Assembly (NCBI GenBank): GCA_964655125.1
Contig: CAZZLT010000046.1
Location: forward strand, 82,159-146,158
From: an uncultured Desulfurococcaceae archaeon
GTDB taxonomy: Archaea; Thermoproteota; Thermoprotei_A; Sulfolobales; NBVN01
Direction of reading: 5' to 3'
Length of the DNA stretch: 64,000 nucleotides
Below are positions 1-11,597 of the stretch, one piece after another; position 1 is the stretch's first letter; every line of letters begins with the position of its first letter. The notes under the pieces are model-generated. The model was given only the letters and a program-made list of their open reading frames with translations, made no database searches and had not been told where the DNA came from. The translations under genes were made by a program, and so were the position numbers.

Positions 1-1270
1 ATTTAACACCCTCCTCACCTAATCCCTTATACGCAAGTACTAATGCTGCACCCTCAGTTGGTGATCCACGTATCCTCCACTGCCCACCCTCTCGCACTAA
101 CTTAACATCAGGTGATGTATGTATTGCTAGTAGGTCTAGTAGGAAGCGGACATCAGCTTCATTACCAACACCCTCTACAAGCTTAATCTCACCCTTAGGT
201 TCGAAACCACTACCTGTTACATCATACGTCGTGTTAAGCATCTTAATAACTTTAACAGTCATTTCAGCCTTAGTTATAGTTCCAGTCTTATCACTACAGA
301 TAACGTTACAAGCTCCTAAACCCTCAACAGCAGCTAACTTCCTAACTAATGCATTCTTAGCAGCCATCCTCCTAGCACCTACAGCAAGTATTGCAGTAGC
401 AATAGCTGGTAAGCCCTCAGGAACTGCCGCAACACCTAACGCAACTGCTAACATTAATGCGTCTAGAACATCAGTATGTTCTGCGTATAAAGTCATGACG
501 AAGACGATAGCACATATCCCTAAGATTATAGTACCTATCCTCTTACCGAACTCATCTAATTCTACCTCAAGCGGTGTCTTCTCTTCCTCAGCCTCAACAA
601 CCATCTTAGTTATCTTACCAAACTCGGTGTTCATACCAGTAGCTACTACAACTGCCTTACCCTTACCCCTAACTACGTAAGTACCCATAAACACCATATT
701 CTTCCTATCACCAACTATAGCGTCTGGAGGTAGTGTTATGTTAGCTAACTTAGCTACAGGTGTTGACTCTCCAGTTAGTGGTGCCTCATCAGTTTCTAGG
801 TCTATAGACTCTACAACTCTAGCGTCTGCAGCAATCCTATCACCTTCACTAAGTAGTAATATATCACCAGGAACTACTTCAGAAGCTTCTATAACCTTCT
901 CCTCACCATCCCTTAACACCTTACATGTAGGTGCTGCTAACTTCTTAAGAGCTTCTAAAGTCCTCTCAGCCCTATACTCCTGTACAAAACCCATGATAGC
1001 CATTATCAAAACTATTATTAGAATTGCTGTAGCGTCTATCACCTCACCTAAAATGAGTGAGATCACAGTAGCTGCTAACAGTATACCTATTAAGAAGTTA
1101 GCGAACTGCTTAACAAACATCTCTAGAGGACTTTTCTTCTTAGCAACTAACTCATTACGACCGAACTTACGTAACCTCTCCTCAACTTCACTTGATGTTA
1201 AACCACTTAACCTACTACCAACTTTCTGTAGTACCTCCTCAACCGTGAGAGAATGCCATGGAATACTCAC
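1..1270 (-). CDS. P-type cation-transporting ATPase, N-terminal ~423 codons; gene runs off the left edge
   Basis: Not in the ORF track. My reverse-strand translation from GTG at 1270 reads VSIPWHSLTVEEVLQKV...RKFGRNELV. It contains the TGES motif (PLTGESTP), PEGLPA and the phosphorylation site ICSDKTGTIT. Track ORFs 231-680 and 738-1295 (+) are its antisense shadows. Confidence 0.85.
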   Translation of the reverse strand, partial: MSIPWHSLTVEEVLQKVGSRLSGLTSSEVEERLRKFGRNELVAKKKSPLEMFVKQFANFLIGILLAATVISLILGEVIDATAILIIVLIMAIMGFVQEYRAERTLEALKKLAAPTCKVLRDGEEKVIEASEVVPGDILLLSEGDRIAADARVVESIDLETDEAPLTGESTPVAKLANITLPPDAIVGDRKNMVFMGTYVVRGKGKAVVVATGMNTEFGKITKMVVEAEEEKTPLEVELDEFGKRIGTIILGICAIVFVMTLYAEHTDVLDALMLAVALGVAAVPEGLPAIATAILAVGARRMAAKNALVRKLAAVEGLGACNVICSDKTGTITKAEMTVKVIKMLNTTYDVTGSGFEPKGEIKLVEGVGNEADVRFLLDLLAIHTSPDVKLVREGGQWRIRGSPTEGAALVLAYKGLGEEGVK

Positions 1271-1432
1271 TAAGACACCCCATAAATCAAATTAAGACTG
1301 ATTTATATTTTTAAATGATTAATTAAGTACTTTCTAAGGGGTTAACGAATTATCCTCTTCAATCACCTAATAAATTAGTAGATAACTTACTTATAGTGAT
1401 AGTCTAATCCGAACTTTATGTTTAAGTACTTT

Positions 1433-4400
1433 CTAAGGCCAATACTCTGAAAGTTCTCTTATATCTATTAATGAGTTATTATCCTTGAGTAACCAAATAG
1501 CTTTAGAGAGTTCGTATGCTAGATTAGCATTCAGTATTAACGGTATATTTAAATCTACTGTTAACCTCCTAATGCTGTAGTCCTTCTCAGGGGTGTAGCC
1601 TGTCGTAATTACTAGACCTACATCACCACGTCTTAGACGTTCTAAAGATTCATCATATGATATAGTATTAGAATTATTTATTGACATACCCTCAATAGTT
1701 ACTACATCATACCCAATCTTCTTGAAAATGAATGATACCTCACTCAGTAATGGTTTATCTTCAGGGACAGCTGTGTAGATCATTATTAACTCCTCATTCT
1801 TAGGTAATCTATTAGGTGTTACTGATAACCAACTCTTAAGTAATGCGTCCTCGAATGACTTACCTAGTGATGCTACCTCACCAGTACTCCGCATTTCAGG
1901 ACCTAAGAACGGGTATGCACCCCTAACTTGAGCCCATGAGAATTGAGGTGATTTAACAGCCCATGACTTAGCAGGTAATTCAAGGTATTCACCAGACTTA
2001 CCAATCCTTAAACCATCATCAAGAATTGCTTGAGCAGTTAACTCCATAAGGTTAATACCTCTTGACTTACTTGAGAAAGGCATAGACCTACTAGCCCTTA
2101 AGTTAAGTTCTAAGATATAGACTGTATCGTCCTTAACCACAAACTGTATGTTGAATGGACCCTTAATTTCTAACTCTAGAGCAAGTCTTAAGGCAGCATC
2201 ATGAATTTCCTTAATCACATCATTACTTAACCTCCTAACAGGTGTTACCATAGTTGCATCACCACTATGAACTCCTGCAGGTTCTATATGTTCTATAGTA
2301 ACACCTACAACCTTCCTACCATCAGATACTGCATCTACTTCAACTTCTAACGCATTATCTATAAATCTAGAGATCACTACTGGGTACTCCCTAGAAATCT
2401 TAGTAGCTACCTTAAGGAAGTCTACTAACTCATTAACATTATAAGCTATCTTCATAGCAATACCGCCTAATACGTAACTCGGCCTAACTATTACTGGGAA
2501 CCCTATCTCATAGATATTCTTAAGGACTTCCTCAAGACTTGTAACTTCAATCCATGGTGGTTGTTTAAGACCTAAGTAGTCCAGGAGTTTAGAGAATTTA
2601 GCCCTATTCTCAGCCCTATCCACACTAAGACCGCTAGTACCGAGTAACTTAACACCGACGTCCTCAAGCTTCTTAGCTAAGTTATTCGATATCTGACCCC
2701 CTACAAATGCTACTACACCTACAGGTTTCTCTAAATCCACTATATCTCTAACAGTTTCTAAGGTAATCTCATCAAAATATAACTTCTCATTAACATCCCA
2801 ATCAGTTGAAACAGTCTCTGGATTATAGTTAAGTACTATGACCTCATAACCTCTCCTACCTACAGCCTTACTTAAATTAACTGTAGCCCAGTCAAACTCT
2901 ACTGAAACACCAATCCTGAACACACCAGCACCTAACACTAATACCTTCTCCTTAGACTTCCTACTGAAGTCTAAATCATCTATAGAACCACCATAGGTTA
3001 GGTAGAGGTAGTTAGTCCTTGCAGGCCATTCAGCAGCTAAAGTATCTATTTGCTTAACGTAAGGTCTAACACCCTCAGAAATCCTCAACCTCCTTAAGTA
3101 CTCAACATCCATACCTAACAACTTAGATAGTTGCTCATCACTAAATCCGTATTCCTTAGCCTTAGCTATAGTCTTAACTAGTAAGTCGTAATTTAATTTA
3201 ATTTCCTCCTTCCTACTACGTAACTCTTCAGTAAAATCAACTATATCCTTAACGACTTGGATAAAGTACTTATCTATACCGGTAATCCTGTGGAGTTCAT
3301 CAACACTAACACCGAGTTTTAATGCCTTAGCTGTATGGAGTATCCAGTAAGGCTCTCTCTTCCTAAGCTTCTCAATAACTACTGATAACGGTATATCCTC
3401 ATCATAGTAAGATCCACCAACAACTCCAGGCTCTCCAATATCTAACATCCTAATAGCCTTCTGGAAAGCCTCGTAGAGATTCCTACCTATAGCCATAACC
3501 TCCCCAATACTCTTCATCTCACTACCTAAACTTCTCTCAGCACCTACGAACTTCTCTAAATCCCATCTAGGTACCTTAACAACTACGTAATCAAGACTTG
3601 GCTCAAAGCATGAGCAGGTAATCCCAGTAACTTTATTTATTACCTCATCTAACGTGTAACCTAACGCTAACTTAGTAGCTATATACGCTAGTGGGTAGCC
3701 AGTAGCTTTACTAGCTAACGCACTACTCCTAGACATCCTAGGATTAGTCTCAATGATGTAGAACTCCTCAGAGAATGGATTTAATGCTAGCTGAACATTA
3801 CACTCACCTATCAAACCTATAGCTTCAGCAACCTTCATACTAGCATTTCTTAGTAATTGATACTCTCTATCATTTAGGGTTTGACATGGTGCTATAACTA
3901 CAGACTCACCAGTATGTACACCCATAGGATCAGCATTCTCTAAACATGCTACAGCCACTGAATTACCCCTCCTATCCCTCATAACTTCAAACTCTATCTC
4001 CTTCCAATGATGTAGGTACTTCTCTATGAGGACTAACCTTATATCACTATGAGCTAAAGCTCTTAAAATATTCTCCTTAAGATCCTCCTCATCCCAAGCT
4101 ATGAAGGAACCCCTACCACCTAAGTTAAAACTAACCCTACATATTACTGGGTAACCTACCTGATTAGCTACTTCTAAAGCCTCATTCAAACTCCTAGCAG
4201 CACCACTCATCGGTACAGGTAATGACCAAGCCTTCATAGTCTCCTTAAACAACTCTCTATTCAACGCCTTCTCAATACCATCAACAGGCGTACCGTAAAC
4301 TCTAACCCCGTACTTACGTAAAATACCTTTCCTCTCCAACATTACACCTACTGATAACGCTGACTGACCTCCAAACCCTAATAATATACCGTCAGGTCTC

Positions 4401-4633
4401 TCACGATCTATAACAGCCTCAATAAACTCTACTTTAATAGGTATTAAGTAAACTCTATCAGCTAGCTCATGACTAGTCTGTATAGTTGCTATGTTAGGAT
4501 TAACTAATACTGTCTTAATACCCTCCTCCTTAAGTGCTTTAAGTGCTTGACTACCACTATAATCGAATTCAGCTGCTTCAGCAATCTTAATAGCTCCAGA
4601 ACCTATTACTAATACCTTAGAAGGTAGTTCCAT
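1433..4633 (-). CDS. carB: Carbamoyl-phosphate synthase large subunit
   Basis: 1066 aa with duplicated ATP-grasp halves and a C-terminal MGS-like domain. Overlaps the carA stop by 17 nt. Confidence 0.95.
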   Translation of the reverse strand: MELPSKVLVIGSGAIKIAEAAEFDYSGSQALKALKEEGIKTVLVNPNIATIQTSHELADRVYLIPIKVEFIEAVIDRERPDGILLGFGGQSALSVGVMLERKGILRKYGVRVYGTPVDGIEKALNRELFKETMKAWSLPVPMSGAARSLNEALEVANQVGYPVICRVSFNLGGRGSFIAWDEEDLKENILRALAHSDIRLVLIEKYLHHWKEIEFEVMRDRRGNSVAVACLENADPMGVHTGESVVIAPCQTLNDREYQLLRNASMKVAEAIGLIGECNVQLALNPFSEEFYIIETNPRMSRSSALASKATGYPLAYIATKLALGYTLDEVINKVTGITCSCFEPSLDYVVVKVPRWDLEKFVGAERSLGSEMKSIGEVMAIGRNLYEAFQKAIRMLDIGEPGVVGGSYYDEDIPLSVVIEKLRKREPYWILHTAKALKLGVSVDELHRITGIDKYFIQVVKDIVDFTEELRSRKEEIKLNYDLLVKTIAKAKEYGFSDEQLSKLLGMDVEYLRRLRISEGVRPYVKQIDTLAAEWPARTNYLYLTYGGSIDDLDFSRKSKEKVLVLGAGVFRIGVSVEFDWATVNLSKAVGRRGYEVIVLNYNPETVSTDWDVNEKLYFDEITLETVRDIVDLEKPVGVVAFVGGQISNNLAKKLEDVGVKLLGTSGLSVDRAENRAKFSKLLDYLGLKQPPWIEVTSLEEVLKNIYEIGFPVIVRPSYVLGGIAMKIAYNVNELVDFLKVATKISREYPVVISRFIDNALEVEVDAVSDGRKVVGVTIEHIEPAGVHSGDATMVTPVRRLSNDVIKEIHDAALRLALELEIKGPFNIQFVVKDDTVYILELNLRASRSMPFSSKSRGINLMELTAQAILDDGLRIGKSGEYLELPAKSWAVKSPQFSWAQVRGAYPFLGPEMRSTGEVASLGKSFEDALLKSWLSVTPNRLPKNEELIMIYTAVPEDKPLLSEVSFIFKKIGYDVVTIEGMSINNSNTISYDESLERLRRGDVGLVITTGYTPEKDYSIRRLTVDLNIPLILNANLAYELSKAIWLLKDNNSLIDIRELSEYWP

Positions 4634-5813
4634 ACCTCTCCACCAATCTCTTAAATAAGTTGAATATCCATTCAGAATCTAGGGGGCCTGGAGAACCTTC
4701 TGGGTGGAACTGAACTGTAACTACTGGTTTACTAAGGTGTTTTAACCCCTCAACAGTTTTATCATCAGCATTAATAAACCATAATTTAAACCCTGTATTA
4801 CTTAACGATTCACTACTTACTGCATATCCATGATTTTGACTTGTTACGAAGCACTTACCCCTCTCTAAATCTACACATGGTTTATTATGACCTCTATGAC
4901 CGTACTTAAGCTTATAAACATCAGCACCTGCTGCTAGAGCTAGTACTTGATGACCTAAACATATACCTAGTGTTGGTATACCGTACTCTAACACAACCCT
5001 AGCGTACTTTACAGTATGGTGGAGTAACTTAGGATTTCCAGGACCATTACTGTATAGTATCCCTGAAGCATTAAACTCTATATAGTACTTTATAGGGTCC
5101 TCAATACATGGTATCCTAATAACTCTAAATCCATTCTTAATTAACTCCCTAAGTATTCCATACTTAATACCACAATCAACAACTATTATAGTTGGTACGT
5201 TACTACTGAAGTTTAAAGGTTCATGAAATACTATATTCTTAGGCATTACATCACTTACTAAATCTCTATAATCATACCTTAAACTACTGTTTAACTTATT
5301 GATTAATTCATCAACACATACTTCCTCACCCACCTCATAAACAGCTACTAACGCATTCATAACACCCTTCTCCCTAATCCTCTTAACAAGTTCTCTAGTA
5401 TCAACATCTGAAACAGCAGGTATACCTTCATCTCTTAACCACTCATCTAAACTCTTAATACTAGCCCAATGACTAGGTATGTTATGATAAGCTACTACTA
5501 CAGCTTCTACTTGAGGTCTATCAGATTCGAAGTACTTAGGAACCCCAAACTCTAGTATCTCCTTACTCGGAATTCCGTAATTACCCATCATTGGATGGGT
5601 GAAAATCAGTATCTGACCTTTAAATGATGGGTCGGTAATAGCTTCGTGATAACCGACCATACCTGTAGTAAATACTAACTCACCGACTCGTATACCTGGA
5701 GAACCAAAACCACAACCCTCCATAACAGTTCCGTCTTCAAGGATTAAGTATGATTTAAGACCTCTACATAATTTCCTACATCTAAATATTAATTTATTAC
5801 TCATGATTAACAC
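4617..5813 (-). CDS. carA: Carbamoyl-phosphate synthase small (glutaminase) subunit
   Basis: N-terminal LILEDGT motif, GATase GICLGHQ and HRGHN. The true start may be the internal Met (MSNK, 5804). Confidence 0.93.
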   Translation of the reverse strand: MLIMSNKLIFRCRKLCRGLKSYLILEDGTVMEGCGFGSPGIRVGELVFTTGMVGYHEAITDPSFKGQILIFTHPMMGNYGIPSKEILEFGVPKYFESDRPQVEAVVVAYHNIPSHWASIKSLDEWLRDEGIPAVSDVDTRELVKRIREKGVMNALVAVYEVGEEVCVDELINKLNSSLRYDYRDLVSDVMPKNIVFHEPLNFSSNVPTIIVVDCGIKYGILRELIKNGFRVIRIPCIEDPIKYYIEFNASGILYSNGPGNPKLLHHTVKYARVVLEYGIPTLGICLGHQVLALAAGADVYKLKYGHRGHNKPCVDLERGKCFVTSQNHGYAVSSESLSNTGFKLWFINADDKTVEGLKHLSKPVVTVQFHPEGSPGPLDSEWIFNLFKRLVERYGTTF

Positions 5814-7206
5814 CTAAGACTTTAACTAGATTTAGGTATCGATTATAATCTAAATCTAAGACCTCTTTCTCCTTACTTATGTACTTAAGCATTAGTTCAG
5901 GATTAGGTGATCCGTAGACCTTCCTAAGTCTTAACACTTCATTTAAGTTAATACTGCATAACCCTTCATCACTTACGTTAAACCTCCTACATAACTCCCT
6001 ACATACCCTACCTAAATTATCTCCACCTAAATCCCTTAACACAGAAGCTAACTCTCTATGAACTTCCCTATAAGGCTTACTGCATTTAATAGCTACCTGC
6101 TCAGCAATATCTGTTATAATTAGTGAGTACTTAATGACTTCATTAGATAGAGTATTAGTGTTGAATTCCACATTCTTTATGAAGTCCTCAAATATCACTA
6201 ATGCCTCTAAAGTGGAGGTGAGTAGGGTTAATAAATGTTTATTAATTTCCTGTAAATCTAAGTTATAACCTGATGGGTTAGCCTTAAGTATTGAGAACAT
6301 AGCTGTTAAATGCCCTATAACCTCACCACTTAATGCTCGTAGAACTTCCATAGTGACTAAGTTCTTCTTATGAGGCATCATACTACTAGTTGCTAAGTGT
6401 TGAGGTGGTGGTTCTACATAGTTAAACTGTGGTGTTGACCATATTATGAAGTCTTCAGCAACACGACTAAGTGAAGTTATTAATGAAGTAATTACAGATG
6501 CTGTTACAACTATGAAATCTCTAGAACTTGTAGCAAGTAATGTATTACCGACCACATCGTTAAAACCTAAAATACTTGCGAGTTCATATCTATCTAAAGG
6601 TACTGTAGTCCCAGCTACAGCACCAGCACCTAACGGTGACTTATTAACTACATTACCCAACACGTAAAAAATCATATCAGTATACTCACGTAACATCTCC
6701 TCTATATATGTTAAGTAATGAGCTACTGTAGATAACTGAGCTAATTGTAGATGAGTTGTTAGTGGGAGTGGTGTCTCTACATACTTACACGACTTATCAA
6801 GTAGTAACCCTCTAATCCTTAACAACCTATCTATATACTGTAGAAGTAACTTCCTAGTCTTCAACCTTAACGCAGTGGCTACATGATCGTTACGACTCCT
6901 CCCAAGAGCTATCCAACCAGCATCCTCACCAACTACATCCCTTAAATACTTCTCTATAGCTTCATGAACATCCTCTGCCCTTACCTTGAATAAGACCTCG
7001 TTATCCTTAAGTAAGTCACTTAATACTTTAAGGACTTTATCACCGACGTCATTAGGTATTAAACCTTTAGATATTAAGTGTTTTACATGAGCTATTAAGA
7101 CCTCAACAACCTCAACAACTATTAACTTATCCTCATCAATTGATGATATGAAACTCAATATTTCCTCAGTAGTCTTACCTAATAACGCCTCCCTATAGAG
7201 AGTCAT
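5797..7206 (-). CDS. argH: Argininosuccinate lyase
   Basis: Fumarate-lyase family signatures GRSRNDHV and SSMMPHKKN; 469 aa. Confidence 0.93.
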   Translation of the reverse strand: MTLYREALLGKTTEEILSFISSIDEDKLIVVEVVEVLIAHVKHLISKGLIPNDVGDKVLKVLSDLLKDNEVLFKVRAEDVHEAIEKYLRDVVGEDAGWIALGRSRNDHVATALRLKTRKLLLQYIDRLLRIRGLLLDKSCKYVETPLPLTTHLQLAQLSTVAHYLTYIEEMLREYTDMIFYVLGNVVNKSPLGAGAVAGTTVPLDRYELASILGFNDVVGNTLLATSSRDFIVVTASVITSLITSLSRVAEDFIIWSTPQFNYVEPPPQHLATSSMMPHKKNLVTMEVLRALSGEVIGHLTAMFSILKANPSGYNLDLQEINKHLLTLLTSTLEALVIFEDFIKNVEFNTNTLSNEVIKYSLIITDIAEQVAIKCSKPYREVHRELASVLRDLGGDNLGRVCRELCRRFNVSDEGLCSINLNEVLRLRKVYGSPNPELMLKYISKEKEVLDLDYNRYLNLVKVLGVNHE

Positions 7207-8402
7207 TGTTTAACAGCACCGTAACCACTTAGGAACTTCCTAAACGCTACAACACTCTGTAACCCCCATAACTCTATAAAACCTTTAGCATATTCCTGAG
7301 ACATTACTGTATAACTTTCATAAGTTGTTAACTTAGGGTCGTAGATAGTGTTTTCAGACCTTCTACCAACCACCATAACATTACCTTTAAATAACTTAAG
7401 TCTTACCTCACCACTAACTCTCTCCTCCACATAATTTACGAACATCTCTAAATCATTACGTAAAGGCTCAACCCATAACCCACCATAGACTAGATTAGAC
7501 CACATACTATCTACTAATTCCTTAAACATTAACTCCCACTTAGTTAAAACCATCTTCTCTAAATCCTTATGAGCTTCAATTAAGGTAATAGCTGCTGGAC
7601 ATTCATAGACTTCCCTACTCTTCAACCCAACAACTCTATCCTCTATATGATCTATCCTACCAACACCATGTCTACCAGCAACATAATTTAAAGTCTTAAT
7701 GAGTTGTACCTTATTCATCTTATCACCATTAATAGCTACTGGAACACCCTTACTGAAGGTTATAGTTAAATACTCAGGTTCGTTAGGTGCTTTCTCAGGT
7801 GGTGTAGTCCATCTAAACACCTCCTCAGGTGGTTCTACCATAGGGTCGTCTAACACACCACACTCAATACTCCTACCCCATAAATTATCATCAACACTGA
7901 AGAACTTAACCTTAAACTTAACACCTTTAGACTTAGCATACTCATACTCCCAATCCCTACTTAAACCCCAATCCCTAACAGGTGCTATCACCTTAATACT
8001 TGGGTCTAGAGCTTTAATTGTTAGGTCAAACCTTACTTGATCGTTACCCTTACCACTACATCCGTGAGCTATAGCTTCAGCACCTTCCTTCTTAGCAACC
8101 TCAACTAACTTACTAGCTATTAGAGGTCTTGATAACGCACTTGATAACGGGTACTTACCCTGATATAACGCATTAGCCTTTAACGCCGGGAATACGAAAT
8201 TATCTATGAATTCCTCCTTAGCATCTATAGTATAATGTTTTACTGAACCTAAAGCCTCAGCCTTACTAGCAACTTCATTAAGATCGTCTTCCTGACCTAC
8301 ATCTACGGTTACCGTAATTACCTCAGCATTATACCTCTCCCTAAGTAGTAAGAGTATTACTGAAGTATCCAGACCTCCTGAATACGCTAACACGACTCTC
8401 AT
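7203..8402 (-). CDS. argG: Argininosuccinate synthase
   Basis: PP-loop AYSGGLDTS, 399 aa, 4-nt overlap with argH. Confidence 0.95.
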   Translation of the reverse strand: MRVVLAYSGGLDTSVILLLLRERYNAEVITVTVDVGQEDDLNEVASKAEALGSVKHYTIDAKEEFIDNFVFPALKANALYQGKYPLSSALSRPLIASKLVEVAKKEGAEAIAHGCSGKGNDQVRFDLTIKALDPSIKVIAPVRDWGLSRDWEYEYAKSKGVKFKVKFFSVDDNLWGRSIECGVLDDPMVEPPEEVFRWTTPPEKAPNEPEYLTITFSKGVPVAINGDKMNKVQLIKTLNYVAGRHGVGRIDHIEDRVVGLKSREVYECPAAITLIEAHKDLEKMVLTKWELMFKELVDSMWSNLVYGGLWVEPLRNDLEMFVNYVEERVSGEVRLKLFKGNVMVVGRRSENTIYDPKLTTYESYTVMSQEYAKGFIELWGLQSVVAFRKFLSGYGAVKQ

Positions 8403-8496
8403 CGTAGAACCTCTAAAGTATAAGGAGTTATCCTTCCTAAATACTTAACGTAATGTTTGTTACGTACTCCACACGTGTTTGTTATATATGTAACAT

Positions 8497-9192
8497 TTAA
8501 GTCCTAACTCTCCTTAATTGAAGTATTAGTTCTTCAATTAAGCTATACGCTTTAAGAGCATCACTACGATTAAGAACTAATATAGTATCTACATAACATG
8601 AAATAATCTGAGTTATATTTACTCCATACCAGGATAGGAGGGAAGTTATATATGATATAACTCCTGGAACAGAGATTATCTCCTTAGGACTTATTAATAT
8701 TATCGCTGATTGATCGTTAACGATATCTTCTATAACATCCTTATCGAAGAGTCTTAAAACATCATTACATACATCCTCAGAAACTACTAATGTAAATGTC
8801 TTAGTACCCTGAGTTAGTTGGAAGAATCTAGCCCTCATCAATATATGCATTAACTCATTCAACTTAGTTATTAATGTTTCACGTCTTAACGTTATTAACT
8901 TTAAATCAGTCTGTAACTCTACAGTAGACCTACTAATCAACTCCTTAATAATATCCTCAATCAACTTCTTACTCTTTAAAGATTCTGAAAACCTGACTAT
9001 ACTCATCTTAACAGCATTAACACTAACCTCATTAAAATTACCTAATTCCTTAACCTCATTAACAATTACCCTAGCTAACGAACTATAATTCACTACCCCT
9101 AACTTAATACAGTCTAAAAGTGATGGATGATTATTAAGTACCCTCCTAACAACCTCAGAAATACTTAACTTCCTACGCAACGACCCCACCAA
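8497..9192 (-). CDS. Conserved archaeal protein, possibly an ACT-domain type regulator of amino-acid metabolism
   Basis: 231 aa. The N-terminal helix pattern (SISEVVRRVL..HPSLLDCIKLGVVNYSSLARVI) resembles archaeal COG2150-like proteins from memory. It sits directly upstream of, and co-oriented with, the arg/car operon. Function is inferred only. Confidence 0.35.
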   Translation of the reverse strand: MVGSLRRKLSISEVVRRVLNNHPSLLDCIKLGVVNYSSLARVIVNEVKELGNFNEVSVNAVKMSIVRFSESLKSKKLIEDIIKELISRSTVELQTDLKLITLRRETLITKLNELMHILMRARFFQLTQGTKTFTLVVSEDVCNDVLRLFDKDVIEDIVNDQSAIILISPKEIISVPGVISYITSLLSWYGVNITQIISCYVDTILVLNRSDALKAYSLIEELILQLRRVRT

Positions 9193-9338
9193 CTATAAAG
9201 TCCTAAATAACCTAATATTAAGATATTAAACTAGTAGTAAATACATCATTAACTATATTATTAAAGACCCTACCACCATATTAAACACTATGAAGGTTAA
9301 CATCAATAATTAATTAAGTGATTCCACTCCTTATACTC

Positions 9339-10079
9339 TTAACGTATGTAACTGATCAATTCATCTATAGGTTCAATAACTATCCTAGGTATAACACCAG
9401 TACTGAGTGAATACTCTATCTCACTACAGTAAGGTATTATGATATACTTCCTTACTGGAGCTACTATCCGTAACTTAGTAAGTAGTTCATAATCTATGTT
9501 AGAGTTTACTAAGTTATTCACTACTATTACTGGTATGTTAAAGCCTAAATCATTAACGAATTTAAAGTACCTTACTGAGACGTCAATAGATGTCTTAGTA
9601 GGTATTGTTACAACTATATGAGGACCCTTTAAGTACTTCATTAATGTTAATTGCTCATCACCCATACCTGGTGGTAGGTCTACTAGTAGGTAATCTAGAG
9701 AACCCCATAAAGTCATAGAGAGTAGGTACTTAAGAACCTCCTTCTTCCGTTCCCCTCTTAACGGTACTGGTCTATCACCTACAAACATTCTTAAGGACAT
9801 TACCTTAATACCGTGTATCTCTAACGGTTTAAACCCTCCCTTAACCGCCTCAACACTTACCTCACTACCCATACCTAAGATATACGGTATTGACGAACCG
9901 TGTAGGTCTGCATCAAGTATACCTATGCTAACCCCTAAATCCCTCATCCGTAGACCAAGCAATACAGTTATAGTACTCTTACCAACACCACCCTTCCCAG
10001 AACCTATAAGTACTAACTTCTTAATACCCCTCAACTTATCAAAGATCATGTACTCCCTATAGTCTTTAACTTCAGTCAT
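9339..10079 (-). CDS. Mrp/MinD-family P-loop ATPase, probable ATPase-type HypB partner of HypA
   Basis: Deviant Walker A GSGKGGVGKST, 246 aa, no CxxC Fe-S ligand motif of Mrp/NBP35. Its start overlaps the hypA stop by 1 nt. Confidence 0.7.
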   Translation of the reverse strand: MTEVKDYREYMIFDKLRGIKKLVLIGSGKGGVGKSTITVLLGLRMRDLGVSIGILDADLHGSSIPYILGMGSEVSVEAVKGGFKPLEIHGIKVMSLRMFVGDRPVPLRGERKKEVLKYLLSMTLWGSLDYLLVDLPPGMGDEQLTLMKYLKGPHIVVTIPTKTSIDVSVRYFKFVNDLGFNIPVIVVNNLVNSNIDYELLTKLRIVAPVRKYIIIPYCSEIEYSLSTGVIPRIVIEPIDELISYIR

Positions 10080-10507
10080 TACTTAACACCCTTAATACTT
10101 ACTAACCTTACATCATATCCTGTCAAGATATTATAATCTTGAGATCCACACTTCGGACACTTCATAAACACGTTTATTAGGTCTGGAATGAAGTGTACTG
10201 GATTATCACATTCTATAAAATCTCCGCATAAGTCTTTAAGTATAGAGTCCTTAACTGATGACCAACCCCAAGAGAAACCACAGTAATTACATTTAAATGT
10301 AGTTTCCTCACTAACGATTACGTACTTAACATTACCTAATCCGTACTCACTACTTAATATCTTAAGTAGTTCCAGTAGTACTTCCTTATCTATCTGAGCT
10401 AGATCACCTACGGATAACGTAACTTCTGAAACTTCACTTAATCCTTCTTCTCTCATCAAAGACTTTACACTTAGTACTACACCTTCAGCTATTGAGTATT
10501 CATGCAC
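10079..10507 (-). CDS. hypA: Hydrogenase nickel-insertion protein HypA
   Basis: Zn site CNYCG ... CPKCG. The track ORF starts at 10528 (MLYRVSIVHE). The in-frame GTG at 10507 gives the conserved N-terminus (M)HEYSIAEG. Confidence 0.85.
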   Translation of the reverse strand: MHEYSIAEGVVLSVKSLMREEGLSEVSEVTLSVGDLAQIDKEVLLELLKILSSEYGLGNVKYVIVSEETTFKCNYCGFSWGWSSVKDSILKDLCGDFIECDNPVHFIPDLINVFMKCPKCGSQDYNILTGYDVRLVSIKGVK

Positions 10508-10580
10508 TATAGATACCCTATACAACATCTAAAAATTATTTTTAAGTACTACTAAACATCTATTAATCCCTACGTATTAA

Positions 10581-11540
10581 TCAGTTATTAAGAACTAATG
10601 CCTTCTCCAACGATGAGTACTTACTCAATAACTCATTAACATTTTGATACATACCTAATACAGCTCTATAACATGAACCCTCAAGTAATTTATGAACTTC
10701 TCTATATTTGACCATATAGCTTAATTCTAAATCCCTCCTTACTAACTCCTTATACACCTCCCCAGGATCTCTAACACCATTACTTATCATATTAGCTATT
10801 AGTAAAGCCCAAGCTAATACCTTATCCCTAACCCTCTGTATGAAGATTTCTGTATCATCTTTAACGTATCCGAAGTGTGCTACTGTAATGTAATTATACT
10901 TATACTTCAATAACTTATCTATACTCTTCATATACTCAACTAGGTTGAAGGGTGGTACTGTGACTGGGTATATTCTACCATTAAAGAAGTTACCTAAAGC
11001 ATCACCGGATACTAAGATATTATACGGTTCTATAATATAGGATATATGATGGGGTGCATGTCCAGGAGTATGTATAGCTCTTACGGTAATACTACCTAAA
11101 TCTATGATTGAATTATCCTCTAATCCAACTAAGCTATTAGGATCTAAAGGTTCTAAAGGTCCGAAAATATATGCGAGATCACCTAAAACTTCTTTAGAAG
11201 CCTCCCATAAACGACTAGGATTAATTAAATGTTTAACACCTCTCGGATGGACATATACCCTAACGTTACCGAGTAACTTAACTAACTTCCCTAAACCTCC
11301 ACCATGGTCTAGATGTATATGAGTTACTGCGATATGCTTTACACGTACATCACTAAATTCAGTATTTATTAAATTTACTAATCCATTAACGTTAGTAGAA
11401 GGTCCAGGATCTATCAGTAACGCATCATTATCACCTACTACGAGATGAGTTGATAACCAATTACTTAGTCCAAGAATCTCTACATTAAGTATGTACACAT
11501 TCTCACATACCTTGATGACCCTACTCATGACCTCTACCAT
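10581..11540 (-). CDS. Metallo-beta-lactamase fold hydrolase
   Basis: HxHxDH motif THIHLDHGGG and a downstream HTPGH. Confidence 0.7.
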   Translation of the reverse strand: MVEVMSRVIKVCENVYILNVEILGLSNWLSTHLVVGDNDALLIDPGPSTNVNGLVNLINTEFSDVRVKHIAVTHIHLDHGGGLGKLVKLLGNVRVYVHPRGVKHLINPSRLWEASKEVLGDLAYIFGPLEPLDPNSLVGLEDNSIIDLGSITVRAIHTPGHAPHHISYIIEPYNILVSGDALGNFFNGRIYPVTVPPFNLVEYMKSIDKLLKYKYNYITVAHFGYVKDDTEIFIQRVRDKVLAWALLIANMISNGVRDPGEVYKELVRRDLELSYMVKYREVHKLLEGSCYRAVLGMYQNVNELLSKYSSLEKALVLNN

Positions 11541-11597
11541 AATAACTTATAGAATGGAATTATATAGTCTTCTAAACATGAGATTATTAAAATATAG

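Noticed and set aside
231-1295. Track ORFs 231-680 and 738-1295 on the + strand
   Set aside because: They are S/T/L/A/P-rich and low in complexity. They lie antisense to a clear P-type ATPase frame (TGES, DKTGT) on the minus strand.
6446-6667. Many other short track ORFs lie antisense to strong genes. They are 6446-6667, 7699-8040, 11104-11322, 13377-13598, 13752-14030, 18122-18325, 19922-20146, 21342-21551, 21640-21885, 21977-22189, 25133-25321, 28717-28905, 28912-29175, 30852-31079, 34561-34842, 35683-36072, 39369-39554, 39841-40209, 43993-44310, 48679-48978, 49359-49640, 50276-50539, 54337-54546, 58947-59135, 59192-59449, 61855-62097 and 62915-63103.
   Set aside because: Each is fully nested in, or opposite to, a motif-supported gene. 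Their S/T/L/P-rich composition is what the pyrimidine-rich antisense of purine-rich coding strands produces.
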